DNA from: Verrucomicrobiota bacterium
Lineage (GTDB): Bacteria > Verrucomicrobiota > Verrucomicrobiia > Limisphaerales > CANJXF01
Direction of reading: 5' to 3'
NCBI GenBank assembly: GCA_038214755.1
Contig: JBBQRQ010000040.1
Span: 1 to 43,474, forward strand
Length of the DNA: 43,474 nt
Shown: positions 25,605 through 34,483 of the stretch, one piece after another
How the letters are laid out: each line of letters begins with the position of its first letter
Position numbering within the stretch: the first letter of the stretch is position 1
Notes under the pieces: generated by a model
Database searches by the model: none
Seen by the model: the letters and a program-made list of their open reading frames with translations, nothing else
What the model was told of the DNA's origin: nothing
Position numbers and translations under genes: made by a program

Positions 25605-25875
25605 AACCACAGAGGCCCAGCGCGGCGGAGCCGCAACCCCAATGACCACCGGATTTAAACGCAGAAGTCGCAAAGGTGTTCGCAGAGGCGCGCAGAGGAT
25701 GACCTTCGCGTCCTTTGCGTGAACCTCCGCGTCCTCTGCGTTAAAATCATTCGTCCCAAACAGCAGGGGAAATATCTTGTCGCAAATGCGCGATCCTTCG
25801 ACATTGTAGGACAGAGACCCAGAGTTTCCCAACATGCTTTCGATTCTCCCTTGTGTCTCTGCGCCTCTGTGGTTG
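25605..25875. repeat. nested nonamer-type palindromic elements
   Basis: Outer AACCACAGAGGC (25605) / GCCTCTGTGGTT (~25864-25875); inner TTTAAACGCAGAAGTCGCAAAGG ... CCTCCGCGTCCTCTGCGTTAAA (25654-25745). Confidence 0.7.
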
Positions 25876-26011
25876 AGAATCCTCTCTTCCCGCAAAAAAA
25901 AAACACGTGACACCCACGCGAGAGTTTTGGCATAAGCAGACAGTCACTGGCATCGCAGGCCGATAGGTTGCGAGGTGACGGTAGGTTCACAATTTACTTT
26001 GCGGTGCGAAT

Positions 26012-28153
26012 ATGAGGACTCATTTCTTTTTTCCCACGGGCGCGATCGCTGTCGCGCTGGCCGGACTGTTGGGTCTTGGTTGTCATAAAGCTTCCAAGAC
26101 TTCTCTGCGCGATGACGCCGAAGGCCGTAAGCCGAAAGATTTCCCCGAACTGGCCCTCGACATTTTCCAGCCGATGGATGGCGGAATCAAGTTGGGGCCG
26201 GAGGAAATCAAGGGACGCAACACCTGGAACCTCTGGTGCGGCGGCGACGAACAATTTTGGGAACGGATGTCGCGGGAAAGTTTTGGACTCATCGATTTGC
26301 TCAAGACAATTGATTCGCGTAATCGCTCGAAGCGCTTCAAAGAAATGGGTCTGATCAACGAACCCGGTTTCCGCGCAGCGACCAGGCCGGACAAGCATGG
26401 TCTCTGGATAGATGAACCCATTGAAGGACAAGGTGAGCCTGCGGGTATTGACCCGAAGGTTTATGGCAGGCCGAGTGGTGTGATGGGCTTCAGGATTTTT
26501 GATAACCCGGACTTCAAAGGTGAAGCGGTGAAAAAATGGGAAGGTTCCCGTAACTACAGTGACGGCGACTATGCTGTGAGTCGTGAACTGATTCGTCCGT
26601 ATCGAGTCGGTATCTCGTGCGGCTCATGTCATATCGCGTTTCATCCGTGCAACCCACCGGCTGACCCGGAAAACCCGAAGTGGGAGAACCTTGCCTCAGC
26701 CATTGGTAATCAATACATCCGTGAAGGAGCGGTCTTTGCCCATAACGTAAAACCCGGCGGGCTTTTTTGGGAAATGCTCAAGACCCAACCGCCCGGCACT
26801 TCCGATACCTCCCGCATCGCGACCGATAACATCAATAATCCGAACACCATCAATCCTATCTTTCAATTAGGCGCGCGACTCTCCGCTGCATCCGAGGAAA
26901 AAATCGCGGGCGATAGCTTGAACCTTCCTACTGTGACCGCTTCGATGAAGGTCCCGCATGTCTTGAAGGATGGAGCGGATTCAGTAGGAGTGCCCGGCGC
27001 GACCTTGCGTGTCTATATCAACATCGGCAGCTATTCGCAGCATTGGTTGCAACAACACAACGCGCTTATTGGTTTACGAAAGCAACAGCCATTCAGCATT
27101 AAAACCGCGCAGGCCAACTCTGTTTACTGGCTTGCCACGCAGGAGAAGTTTGTGAATGTCGCGAACTTTTTCAAGCGTCTCCAATCCTATCGGCTCGAAG
27201 ACGCGCCTGGAGGGAAGGACTACCTTACGACTGACGAAACGCAGATGACGCGAGGCAAGATCGTGTTCGCCGAGAATTGTGCGTCGTGTCACTCGAGCAA
27301 ACGTCCGCCGAATGGTGTTGATGATGACGAATGGTTTCGCAAAGAAGTAATGAAAGAGGATTTTCGTCAAGGTAACTTTTTCTCCGATGACCGGCGTTAT
27401 CCTATTACCAAGATCAAAAGTAACGCATCGAGAGCCTGCGCCACCAACGCCAAACGCGGACATATCTGGGACTCGTTCTCCTCTGAAACCTATAAGAACC
27501 TCCCATCGGTGGGCGACATCGAGGTATGGAATCCTTACACCGACCAGAAGGAGAAGTTCACTGTGCCGGGTGGAGGGACAGGTTATTATCGAACGCCGTC
27601 GCTGATTAGTGTCTGGTCGTCCGCTCCATTGCTGCATAACAACGCCCTGGGCAAGTTCACCGGTGATCCATCGGTGAAAGGTCGTTTAGAAGCTTTTAAT
27701 GATGCGATGGAGAAATTGCTCTGGCCGGAGAGGAGATTGGACAAGAACTCCATCTGGCGCACCAGTCAGGAATGCAACCTGCAGATACAAGGATCGGTGC
27801 TGCCCCAACCATTACGCACCCTACTCAAACCACACCTTGATTCAGATGGTTACTTCCGGCTGGGTCCTATTCCAGAAGGGACACCGATCAACCTGCTCGG
27901 CAATCTCGACCCGGATACGGACCCATTGGAGTTGGTCGCTCTCTGTTTGAAGATAAAGAAATCATTTTTGAAAATTAAGTTGGAACATCTCGATTCCACT
28001 GAAGGAAAAGAGCTATTGAGAAATGAGGTAGCGCCCGCATTATTCAAAGCCAGTAAGTGTCCCGACTTGATTGAGGACCGTGGTCATTACTTCGGCACGG
28101 AGTTGAGCGATACCGACAAACGCGCGTTAATCGAATTCATCAAGACGTTGTAA
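26012..28153 (+). CDS. di-heme c-type cytochrome lipoprotein, RoxA/CCP-MauG superfamily
   Basis: Lipobox 'LLGLGC'; CGSCH (26618-26632) and CASCH (27278-27292); 'YRTPSLISVWSSAPLLHNN'; C-terminal 'RGHYFG...DKRALIEFIKTL'. Confidence 0.82.
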   Translation: MRTHFFFPTGAIAVALAGLLGLGCHKASKTSLRDDAEGRKPKDFPELALDIFQPMDGGIKLGPEEIKGRNTWNLWCGGDEQFWERMSRESFGLIDLLKTIDSRNRSKRFKEMGLINEPGFRAATRPDKHGLWIDEPIEGQGEPAGIDPKVYGRPSGVMGFRIFDNPDFKGEAVKKWEGSRNYSDGDYAVSRELIRPYRVGISCGSCHIAFHPCNPPADPENPKWENLASAIGNQYIREGAVFAHNVKPGGLFWEMLKTQPPGTSDTSRIATDNINNPNTINPIFQLGARLSAASEEKIAGDSLNLPTVTASMKVPHVLKDGADSVGVPGATLRVYINIGSYSQHWLQQHNALIGLRKQQPFSIKTAQANSVYWLATQEKFVNVANFFKRLQSYRLEDAPGGKDYLTTDETQMTRGKIVFAENCASCHSSKRPPNGVDDDEWFRKEVMKEDFRQGNFFSDDRRYPITKIKSNASRACATNAKRGHIWDSFSSETYKNLPSVGDIEVWNPYTDQKEKFTVPGGGTGYYRTPSLISVWSSAPLLHNNALGKFTGDPSVKGRLEAFNDAMEKLLWPERRLDKNSIWRTSQECNLQIQGSVLPQPLRTLLKPHLDSDGYFRLGPIPEGTPINLLGNLDPDTDPLELVALCLKIKKSFLKIKLEHLDSTEGKELLRNEVAPALFKASKCPDLIEDRGHYFGTELSDTDKRALIEFIKTL

Positions 28154-28299
28154 GCCGAAATCATCTTATGAAACGAAATCGGTGAAATTACATTGAACAC
28201 ATAAAATGAACGAGATGATTACCGAGCGAAAACATATTCAACGAAGTCTTGCGCAGCGCGCTCCCCAGTCCTTGTCATTACCTATATCTCATCGTACCT

Positions 28300-28525
28300 T
28301 CTTCAATCCTGTAGGGATTGTGTCACTTAGCCCAGGGTTGCGAGGCACGAGCTACCCTGGGGCGAGGGTAGGAAATTCTTCCAACCCCATCGGGGTTGCA
28401 TCTCATCTTAAATTTGCCTGCCGCTACAACCCCTTCAGGGTTGAGGTTACTGGGTGCGGTCCACCCAGGGTAGCTCGTGCCTCGCAACCCTGGGCTGACC
28501 GATACAATCCCTTTGGGATTGAAGA
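28300..28525. repeat. 226-bp multi-hairpin palindromic element
   Basis: AGCCCAGGGTTGCGAGGCACGAGCTACCCTGGG / CCCAGGGTAGCTCGTGCCTCGCAACCCTGGGCT perfect arms; terminal CAATCC..GGATTG and internal AACCCC..GGGGTT hairpins. Confidence 0.9.
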
Positions 28526-28693
28526 GGTCTTCGACAAGCTGGTAGGAACCAGGGTCGCTGCCCACCGATTCGATATGACAACGGCGAAGCAAACTAGATA
28601 CGCGCTTCAACACTTATGAATCAATTCCAATTACAACCAAAACAACGTTCTGCATAGTGATGCTTAGCGGAACCAAATTAAAAAGGAACTACC

Positions 28694-29131
28694 ATGGCCA
28701 CTACCGTAAAACAACTACTCAAAATGTCCGGTGAACAACTGGACGAACTCTTCAAGAACAGTCCTGCTGGACCTATCCCCAACGGCGAAGCGACAGGCAC
28801 AGCTATCGTTGCGCCGGGAAGTGAGTTGACTGGCATCGCGGCCAAGCTCGTCCATTTGTTTACCTGGCAGGGCAAAATATTCGACGGCAAGAACGGGACG
28901 TTGCGCAATAAAATTCTGCCGCTCGGACACAAAGCCATCGTCGCTCAGGTATATAAAGACAAGAGTTGGTTCGACGGCAAGGAATGCATCGTGCTCGACT
29001 ACTCGAAGACCTCGCTACTCGCCCAATGGGTGCGAGACGAAATCCGGCTAGTGGGTCCGAACACTTACCTCGGTATCGTCTATTGGAAGAAAACCAAGAC
29101 CATCGACTTTGCGCTGGAGTTTCCTAATTGA
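28694..29131 (+). CDS. conserved hypothetical protein, probable lipocalin-like beta-barrel (145 aa, no signal peptide)
   Basis: AAGGA RBS; 'LDELF...G.IP.GE..GTA', 'WQGKIF', 'SWFDGKECIVLDYSKTS', 'VRDEIR.VGP..YLG'; paralogous to the N-terminus of the next gene; fold is inferred. Confidence 0.8.
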   Translation: MATTVKQLLKMSGEQLDELFKNSPAGPIPNGEATGTAIVAPGSELTGIAAKLVHLFTWQGKIFDGKNGTLRNKILPLGHKAIVAQVYKDKSWFDGKECIVLDYSKTSLLAQWVRDEIRLVGPNTYLGIVYWKKTKTIDFALEFPN

Positions 29132-29164
29132 TGGGTAGTCGCCGCCTGCCAACGAAAAAAATAT

Positions 29165-31060
29165 ATGGCTCTGGATCGCGCGCAGTTAATGAACCTTTCG
29201 CAGGCTGAGTTGGACGATTTGTTCAAGCGATCTTCCGCAGGCAACATCCCGGAAGGCGAAGGTAGTGGAACGGCCTTAGTCTGCCCGGCCACTTGTTGTG
29301 GAAAAATCATAGCGTGGTTCGCGCGATGGTTCTGTTGGCAAGGCAAAGTTTTTCATGGCAAAGAGGGATGGTTGGTCAACCGTGTTTCTCCCTTTAGTTT
29401 CCAGGCGATCAAGGCCAAGGTTTACCAGGACAAGAGTTGGCTGGATGGCAATGAGTGCATCGTGCTCGACTACTCCAAGACTTCACTCGTTGCGAAAATG
29501 GTCCGCGATGAAATCCGCGAAGTAGCGCCGGGACTCTACCTGGGAAAAGTCTATTGGGGACGTAAACGGTTGATCGACTTCATGGTCAGTTTCCAATACG
29601 AGCCTGCGCGCAAGTGCTGGCGTCGTACTTGGGCGACGTTGGGTTTGCTTGGAGTTATTGTCATCACCTATCTGGGAGTGCGTTTGACGAGTGACCGTCC
29701 CGTGACTTACGACAATCTCGTCGAGCATTTCAAATACGGTTCTACCGGCGGCGAGCGCACCTCCGGCATTCCTATTTCACTTTGGAAAGTGATTCCGAAA
29801 CTATTTGCGGGCTACCTTCCTGGGAACGGCTTGCAGTCTCTCGGCTTTGTTTACGAGGAAGGAAAGGAATTTCCCATCGGCACCTCCCGCCGCACTGTTC
29901 AAGGTATAGACCGCATCTTTCTTAACTGCGCCGTTTGTCATGTCGGCACCGTGCGCGATACGGCAGAGAGCAAGCCTCGCATCATCGTTGGCATGCCGGC
30001 TAACACGGTTGATCTCCAGGCATTCCAACGCTTCCTTTCCGCCTGTGCCGCTGATGAAAATTTCAATGCCAAACGAATCATGGATGAAGTGGCCAAGCAG
30101 AAGACCGATGACAGACTCAATCGTGTGCTGCTCCGATTCCTTGGTATAGACCTGATGCGTCAACGGCTGCTGACCTTGCGGCAAAGGTTTACCTTCATGG
30201 ATCGCGAACCTGATTACGGACCCGGCCGGGTAGATACCTTCAATGCCCCGAAAGTCCTGCTGAACTTCCGCATGGATAACCTGCCTACCAATGAGTGGGT
30301 AGGCATCTGCGACTTTCCTTCGGTATGGAACCAACGCAAACGAAAAGGGATGCACCTTCATTGGGATGGCAATAATGACTCGGTGGAAGAACGCAATCGC
30401 AGCGCAAGCTTCGGCACGGGCGCTACTCCCCCTACCCTTGACCGCGCCTCTATTAAACGCATGGAAGAATGGTTACTCGATGCCGCGCCGCCGCCTTATC
30501 CCTATTCCATTGACCGTGCGTTGGTGACCAAAGGCGAACCTCTCTACCTGGAATATTGCGCACGCTGTCATGGCAAGAATGGGAGCGACTTCACTGGCGA
30601 ACTGGTCGGCAAGGTGACGCCGATTGAGGAGATCAAAACCGATCGCCATCGGCTCGATTCCTATTCGTCCGACCTCTGCGCGAACCAGAACCTTCTCTAT
30701 GCGGCCTATCCCGAAGATCGCTTCAAACATTTTCGCAAGACATTCGGTTACGCCAACCAACCACTCGACGGTCTTTGGTTGCGAGCGCCTTATCTGCACA
30801 ATGGCTCGGTGCCGACGCTGCGCGATTTATTGGAGCCAACCGAGCAGCGCCCAAAGGTCTTTTATCGTGGTTATGATGTTTATGAAGCAAAGCGCGTTGG
30901 GTTCGTCTCAAACGTGGCTCAAGAAGGTCCTAAAAAGTTTTTCAATGTCGATACGGAACTTCCGGGCAATGGTAACTTCGGCCACGACGGAAAAGAATAC
31001 GGAACCGATCTCAGCGCGGAAGATAAGGACGCCATTGTCGAATACATGAAAACTTTTTAA
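29165..31060 (+). CDS. fusion protein: barrel-like domain, transmembrane helix, RoxA-like di-heme c domain
   Basis: Residues ~1-145 are paralogous to 28694-29131; TM 'WATLGLLGVIVITYLGVRL'; 'EHFKYGSTGGE'; CAVCH (29927) and CARCH (30557); 'PLDGLWLRAPYLHNGSVPTL'; 'GNGNFGH...AIVEYMKTF'. Confidence 0.85.
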   Translation: MALDRAQLMNLSQAELDDLFKRSSAGNIPEGEGSGTALVCPATCCGKIIAWFARWFCWQGKVFHGKEGWLVNRVSPFSFQAIKAKVYQDKSWLDGNECIVLDYSKTSLVAKMVRDEIREVAPGLYLGKVYWGRKRLIDFMVSFQYEPARKCWRRTWATLGLLGVIVITYLGVRLTSDRPVTYDNLVEHFKYGSTGGERTSGIPISLWKVIPKLFAGYLPGNGLQSLGFVYEEGKEFPIGTSRRTVQGIDRIFLNCAVCHVGTVRDTAESKPRIIVGMPANTVDLQAFQRFLSACAADENFNAKRIMDEVAKQKTDDRLNRVLLRFLGIDLMRQRLLTLRQRFTFMDREPDYGPGRVDTFNAPKVLLNFRMDNLPTNEWVGICDFPSVWNQRKRKGMHLHWDGNNDSVEERNRSASFGTGATPPTLDRASIKRMEEWLLDAAPPPYPYSIDRALVTKGEPLYLEYCARCHGKNGSDFTGELVGKVTPIEEIKTDRHRLDSYSSDLCANQNLLYAAYPEDRFKHFRKTFGYANQPLDGLWLRAPYLHNGSVPTLRDLLEPTEQRPKVFYRGYDVYEAKRVGFVSNVAQEGPKKFFNVDTELPGNGNFGHDGKEYGTDLSAEDKDAIVEYMKTF

Positions 31061-31070
31061 GACCTTAGTT

Positions 31071-32567
31071 ATGACCACTCAAACCAAACGGAGAATTATC
31101 AAGGCGCTTGTCGTTCTGGTATTGCTCGGCGGAGCGGGCGCTTTGTTTGGATGGTATAAATTTTTCCGTGAAGTCGAACAGCCAGCTTTCGCCGACGAAT
31201 CCGAAAGGTTCAAGTATGGTTCCATCGGCGCCGAGTTTTCTCGCGGCATTCCGTATTGGATATGGGTCGTCATGCCCCGCATCTTTCCCGACCTTATGCC
31301 TGGCCCTGGCGGTTATAAGGCGTTCGGATTGGTTTGGGAGGAAGGGAAGGAACTGCCTGTCGGCTTCAGTAAGAAAGTCGTTGGCTTTCCCCGTGTCGCG
31401 AATAACTGCGCTATCTGTCATGTCGGAACCTGGCGCAGCAAGGAGGAGGAAGTGCCCCATGTCGTGGTCGCAGCGCCGTCGCATACCGTCGATGTGCAAG
31501 GTATGATTCGCTTTCTCGCGAAGGCCGGTAGCGATTCGCGTTTTAACGCCGGCAACATTCTCGCCGAGATTGCTCGCGAAACCAAACTCTCCTTCATCGA
31601 CAAGCAACTCTATCGCTTCGTTATCATTCCGATGATGAGAACCGCGTTGCGACAGCAGGAGAAACAATTCCTCTGGATGAACCGCCCCGGCTGGCCGAAT
31701 TGGGGTCCTGGTCGCGACGACCCGATGAACCTCACGAAATACTTTATGACTTCGCAACCAGTGGATAACTCGACCGGCCAGGCGGACTTCCCGAGTAACT
31801 GGAACCTGCAATCCCGCAAAGGCACGAATTTATTTCTCAACTGGAGTTGTGATACACCTTCAGTCCATTCGGTCTTGATCGACTCCGCGCTCGGTCTCGG
31901 CGCAGCGCCCGATAAAAACAATCGGTTGAGTTATCCGATAGATTTATTGAACTGGAAACTGACGCGGCGCGAATGGTTCAAAAAAAGAATGGATGACCTC
32001 GACGATTTTCTCAGCAAGCTACCACCGCCCAGGTATCCATTTCCTATCGACGCTTCCTTAGCTGCTCAAGGGAAACCTATCTATAATCGCTCCTGCTCTG
32101 AATGTCACGAGGTAGGCAAACCGCGCACCAACAAACCTATTCCCATCGACGAAATAGGCACCGACCGTGAACGTCTCGATACCTGGACAAAAGCCGCCGC
32201 TGATCAGGCCAATGAAGCCGTAAAGAACCTTGGCATTGTGCGTCCTGACATGGTGAAAAACTTCGGTTATTGTTCTCCGCCTCTCGATGGCATCTGGATG
32301 CGCGCTCCCTACCTTCACAATGGTTCCGTGCCGACCTTGCGTGACTTGCTTGAACCTGTGGCAGCGCGACCGGCTTCCTTCTATCGCGGCTTTGATGTGT
32401 ATGACCCAATGAATGTTGGATTCGTCACACAAGGTCTTTCCGCCGCGCGCACCGGTTGGAAGAATGATGTGAAAGAACGTGGCAACGGCAATCAGGGTCA
32501 TAACTATGGAACGACTCTCAGTTCAGACGAGAAGAAGGCGCTATTGGAATATTTGAAAACGTTTTAA
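31071..32567 (+). CDS. membrane-anchored RoxA-like di-heme c protein
   Basis: N-terminal anchor; 'ERFKYGSIGAE'; CAICH (31407) and CSECH (32094); 'PLDGIWMRAPYLHNGSVPTL'; 'GNGNQGHNYG...ALLEYLKTF'. Confidence 0.85.
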   Translation: MTTQTKRRIIKALVVLVLLGGAGALFGWYKFFREVEQPAFADESERFKYGSIGAEFSRGIPYWIWVVMPRIFPDLMPGPGGYKAFGLVWEEGKELPVGFSKKVVGFPRVANNCAICHVGTWRSKEEEVPHVVVAAPSHTVDVQGMIRFLAKAGSDSRFNAGNILAEIARETKLSFIDKQLYRFVIIPMMRTALRQQEKQFLWMNRPGWPNWGPGRDDPMNLTKYFMTSQPVDNSTGQADFPSNWNLQSRKGTNLFLNWSCDTPSVHSVLIDSALGLGAAPDKNNRLSYPIDLLNWKLTRREWFKKRMDDLDDFLSKLPPPRYPFPIDASLAAQGKPIYNRSCSECHEVGKPRTNKPIPIDEIGTDRERLDTWTKAAADQANEAVKNLGIVRPDMVKNFGYCSPPLDGIWMRAPYLHNGSVPTLRDLLEPVAARPASFYRGFDVYDPMNVGFVTQGLSAARTGWKNDVKERGNGNQGHNYGTTLSSDEKKALLEYLKTF

Positions 32568-32800
32568 AGTAGCGCAGTGCGGCTCGCTGTGAAGATGGGG
32601 CAGAGTTGTCGTTTTGCCGTGACTTCGCTTCATTCGTCCTTGCAGGAGTCTGGGCGGAGCGGCAACTCCGACCTACTGTGGTGGTTGTGCAAGATGCGCT
32701 CGATATTCCCATTTCATTCAAAAAATAGTGGAGCGCTGTGGGTAAAGCGGTTATTGTCCCACCTATGTATTTTCTATCGCGGCGATCAAAGTTACTTCCC

Positions 32801-34450
32801 ATGACTTTTCCTCTCCCCATCCATCGGCTTATCGGCAACGTGTTTCTATTTCTTTTTTTTGTAAGCGAAGGACACGCGCAGGTCACGCTTCAGATTGGGC
32901 AGAACTTCACCGGGAGTACTTACGGAGTTCATTCGCAATCTCTCCCGCCGGATTCCAATGGAGAAATCGGCCCGCGCCACTTCATGGAATTTATCAACGG
33001 CACCGTATCCGTTTACAACAAAACCAATGGAGTAAGTATCCAACGTAAAACGAATTTGAAGTTTTGGTCCGACTCCGGCTTGATCATATCGCCGGACTCT
33101 GGAGTTTCCGACCCACGGGTCATTTACGATCCCACCGTGCAGCGTTGGTTCGCCGCGCAAGTGAATTACAGCGGCAACTCCACCGACCCCAGCTTGCAAG
33201 CAAACGACTTCTTGCTCGCCGTCTCTGCTACATCCGACCCAACCGGCTTATGGCGCGGATTTCAATTTCAAGCCGACCCGGACGCAGGCAGTTTCGCCGA
33301 CTTCCCGACCTTGGGGGTGGATGCAAACGCGGTCTATCTATCCGGCGACTTTTATCACGGGATGACCAACCCGCTTGGCGCAGGGTTGGTTTCCATTCCC
33401 AAAGCGGACCTGATTGCGAGCACGCCCACCATAGCGAATCGGACCTGGCATGGAGTCATGAGCTATGATGAGCGCGGGCAGGTTTTACAACCGGCAACTT
33501 GTTTCGATGGCACCAGCAGCGGCAATATTTTGGGCATGGGCGACATCGGAAATGATAGCGATCCGCATTCGAACATTGTGAACTTTGCCGTGCAAAATCC
33601 GGGGACGACCAATCCAACTCTCAGCGCTTCTTCCCACATCACGGTCAGTCCGTATGTAGTGCCTTTCAACGATCTCGTAGGTGTCCCGATGTTCAATCCG
33701 GTGCAACCGGACGGAACCCGTCACATCACCGCCAATGAAGCGCGATTGAGCGCCAAGGTTTACGCAGTGGCAGGGGTTCTTTATGCAGTCCATAGCACGG
33801 AAGTAAATGGTCGCATCGCCATTCGCTGGTATCGAGTTAATGCTACGACTCATACCCTTCTGGAATCGGGCACCATCGCCGACTCCAACCTCGACCTGTT
33901 TTTTCCTTCTATCGCTGCAAATAATAACGGCACCGTTGTCATCGGTTGCAATGGTTGCAGCGTCAACACCTTTCTTAGTTGCTTCGCCATTGTCGGCCAG
34001 ATTGTCAACGGCGTTGCCACGTTTGGCAGCCCTGTTCTGCTTAAAGCGGGAGCAACCAGTTATCATGGCGTTGATGAATTCATCGCCGAGTTACTCGACG
34101 AACCTCCGATCAGCCGATGGGGTGATTACAGTGCGATTTCGGTTGACCCTTCCGACCCATCTCGTTTCTGGACGATTCAAATGTATCCCTCCGACACGGA
34201 TGTCTGGTCCACGCAAATTACCGAACTGTTGACCACTTCCACTCCGACTTTATCCATCACGCTTTCCAATAATTTCGTGGTCGTCTCGTGGCCGGTAACG
34301 TCCTCTGGTTTTAATCTCGAATCCAAAACCAATCTCACCGGCGACGCATGGACCTTAATCAGCCAAAATCTTTCGACCAACAACGGCCAGATTTATTTTC
34401 AAACTCCTCGAACTAACGCCGCCACCTTTTTCCGTCTGCACAAACCTTGA
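32801..34450 (+). CDS. secreted beta-rich (propeller-like) protein with C-terminal putative sorting domain
   Basis: Signal peptide ending 'GHA-Q'; 'PPDSNGEIGP', 'SDPRVIYD...RWF', 'FADFPTLGVD', 'RWGDYSAISVDP...FWT'; ends 'ATFFRLHKP'. Confidence 0.8.
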   Translation: MTFPLPIHRLIGNVFLFLFFVSEGHAQVTLQIGQNFTGSTYGVHSQSLPPDSNGEIGPRHFMEFINGTVSVYNKTNGVSIQRKTNLKFWSDSGLIISPDSGVSDPRVIYDPTVQRWFAAQVNYSGNSTDPSLQANDFLLAVSATSDPTGLWRGFQFQADPDAGSFADFPTLGVDANAVYLSGDFYHGMTNPLGAGLVSIPKADLIASTPTIANRTWHGVMSYDERGQVLQPATCFDGTSSGNILGMGDIGNDSDPHSNIVNFAVQNPGTTNPTLSASSHITVSPYVVPFNDLVGVPMFNPVQPDGTRHITANEARLSAKVYAVAGVLYAVHSTEVNGRIAIRWYRVNATTHTLLESGTIADSNLDLFFPSIAANNNGTVVIGCNGCSVNTFLSCFAIVGQIVNGVATFGSPVLLKAGATSYHGVDEFIAELLDEPPISRWGDYSAISVDPSDPSRFWTIQMYPSDTDVWSTQITELLTTSTPTLSITLSNNFVVVSWPVTSSGFNLESKTNLTGDAWTLISQNLSTNNGQIYFQTPRTNAATFFRLHKP

Positions 34451-34483
34451 GCAGCCAACGAATCTCTGTCAGCATTTGCGAAT

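Noticed and set aside
28206..28619. 137-aa ORF (and antisense 96-aa ORF) inside the cytochrome cluster
   Set aside because: Mostly translation of the 226-bp palindrome; both strands give the same peptides ('SPGLRGTSYPG', 'PRVARASQPWA')
26012..32567. Calling the di-heme genes roxA/roxB or mauG
   Set aside because: Only superfamily motifs are visible; orthology and substrate cannot be established, and no mau or rubber-degradation genes are nearby
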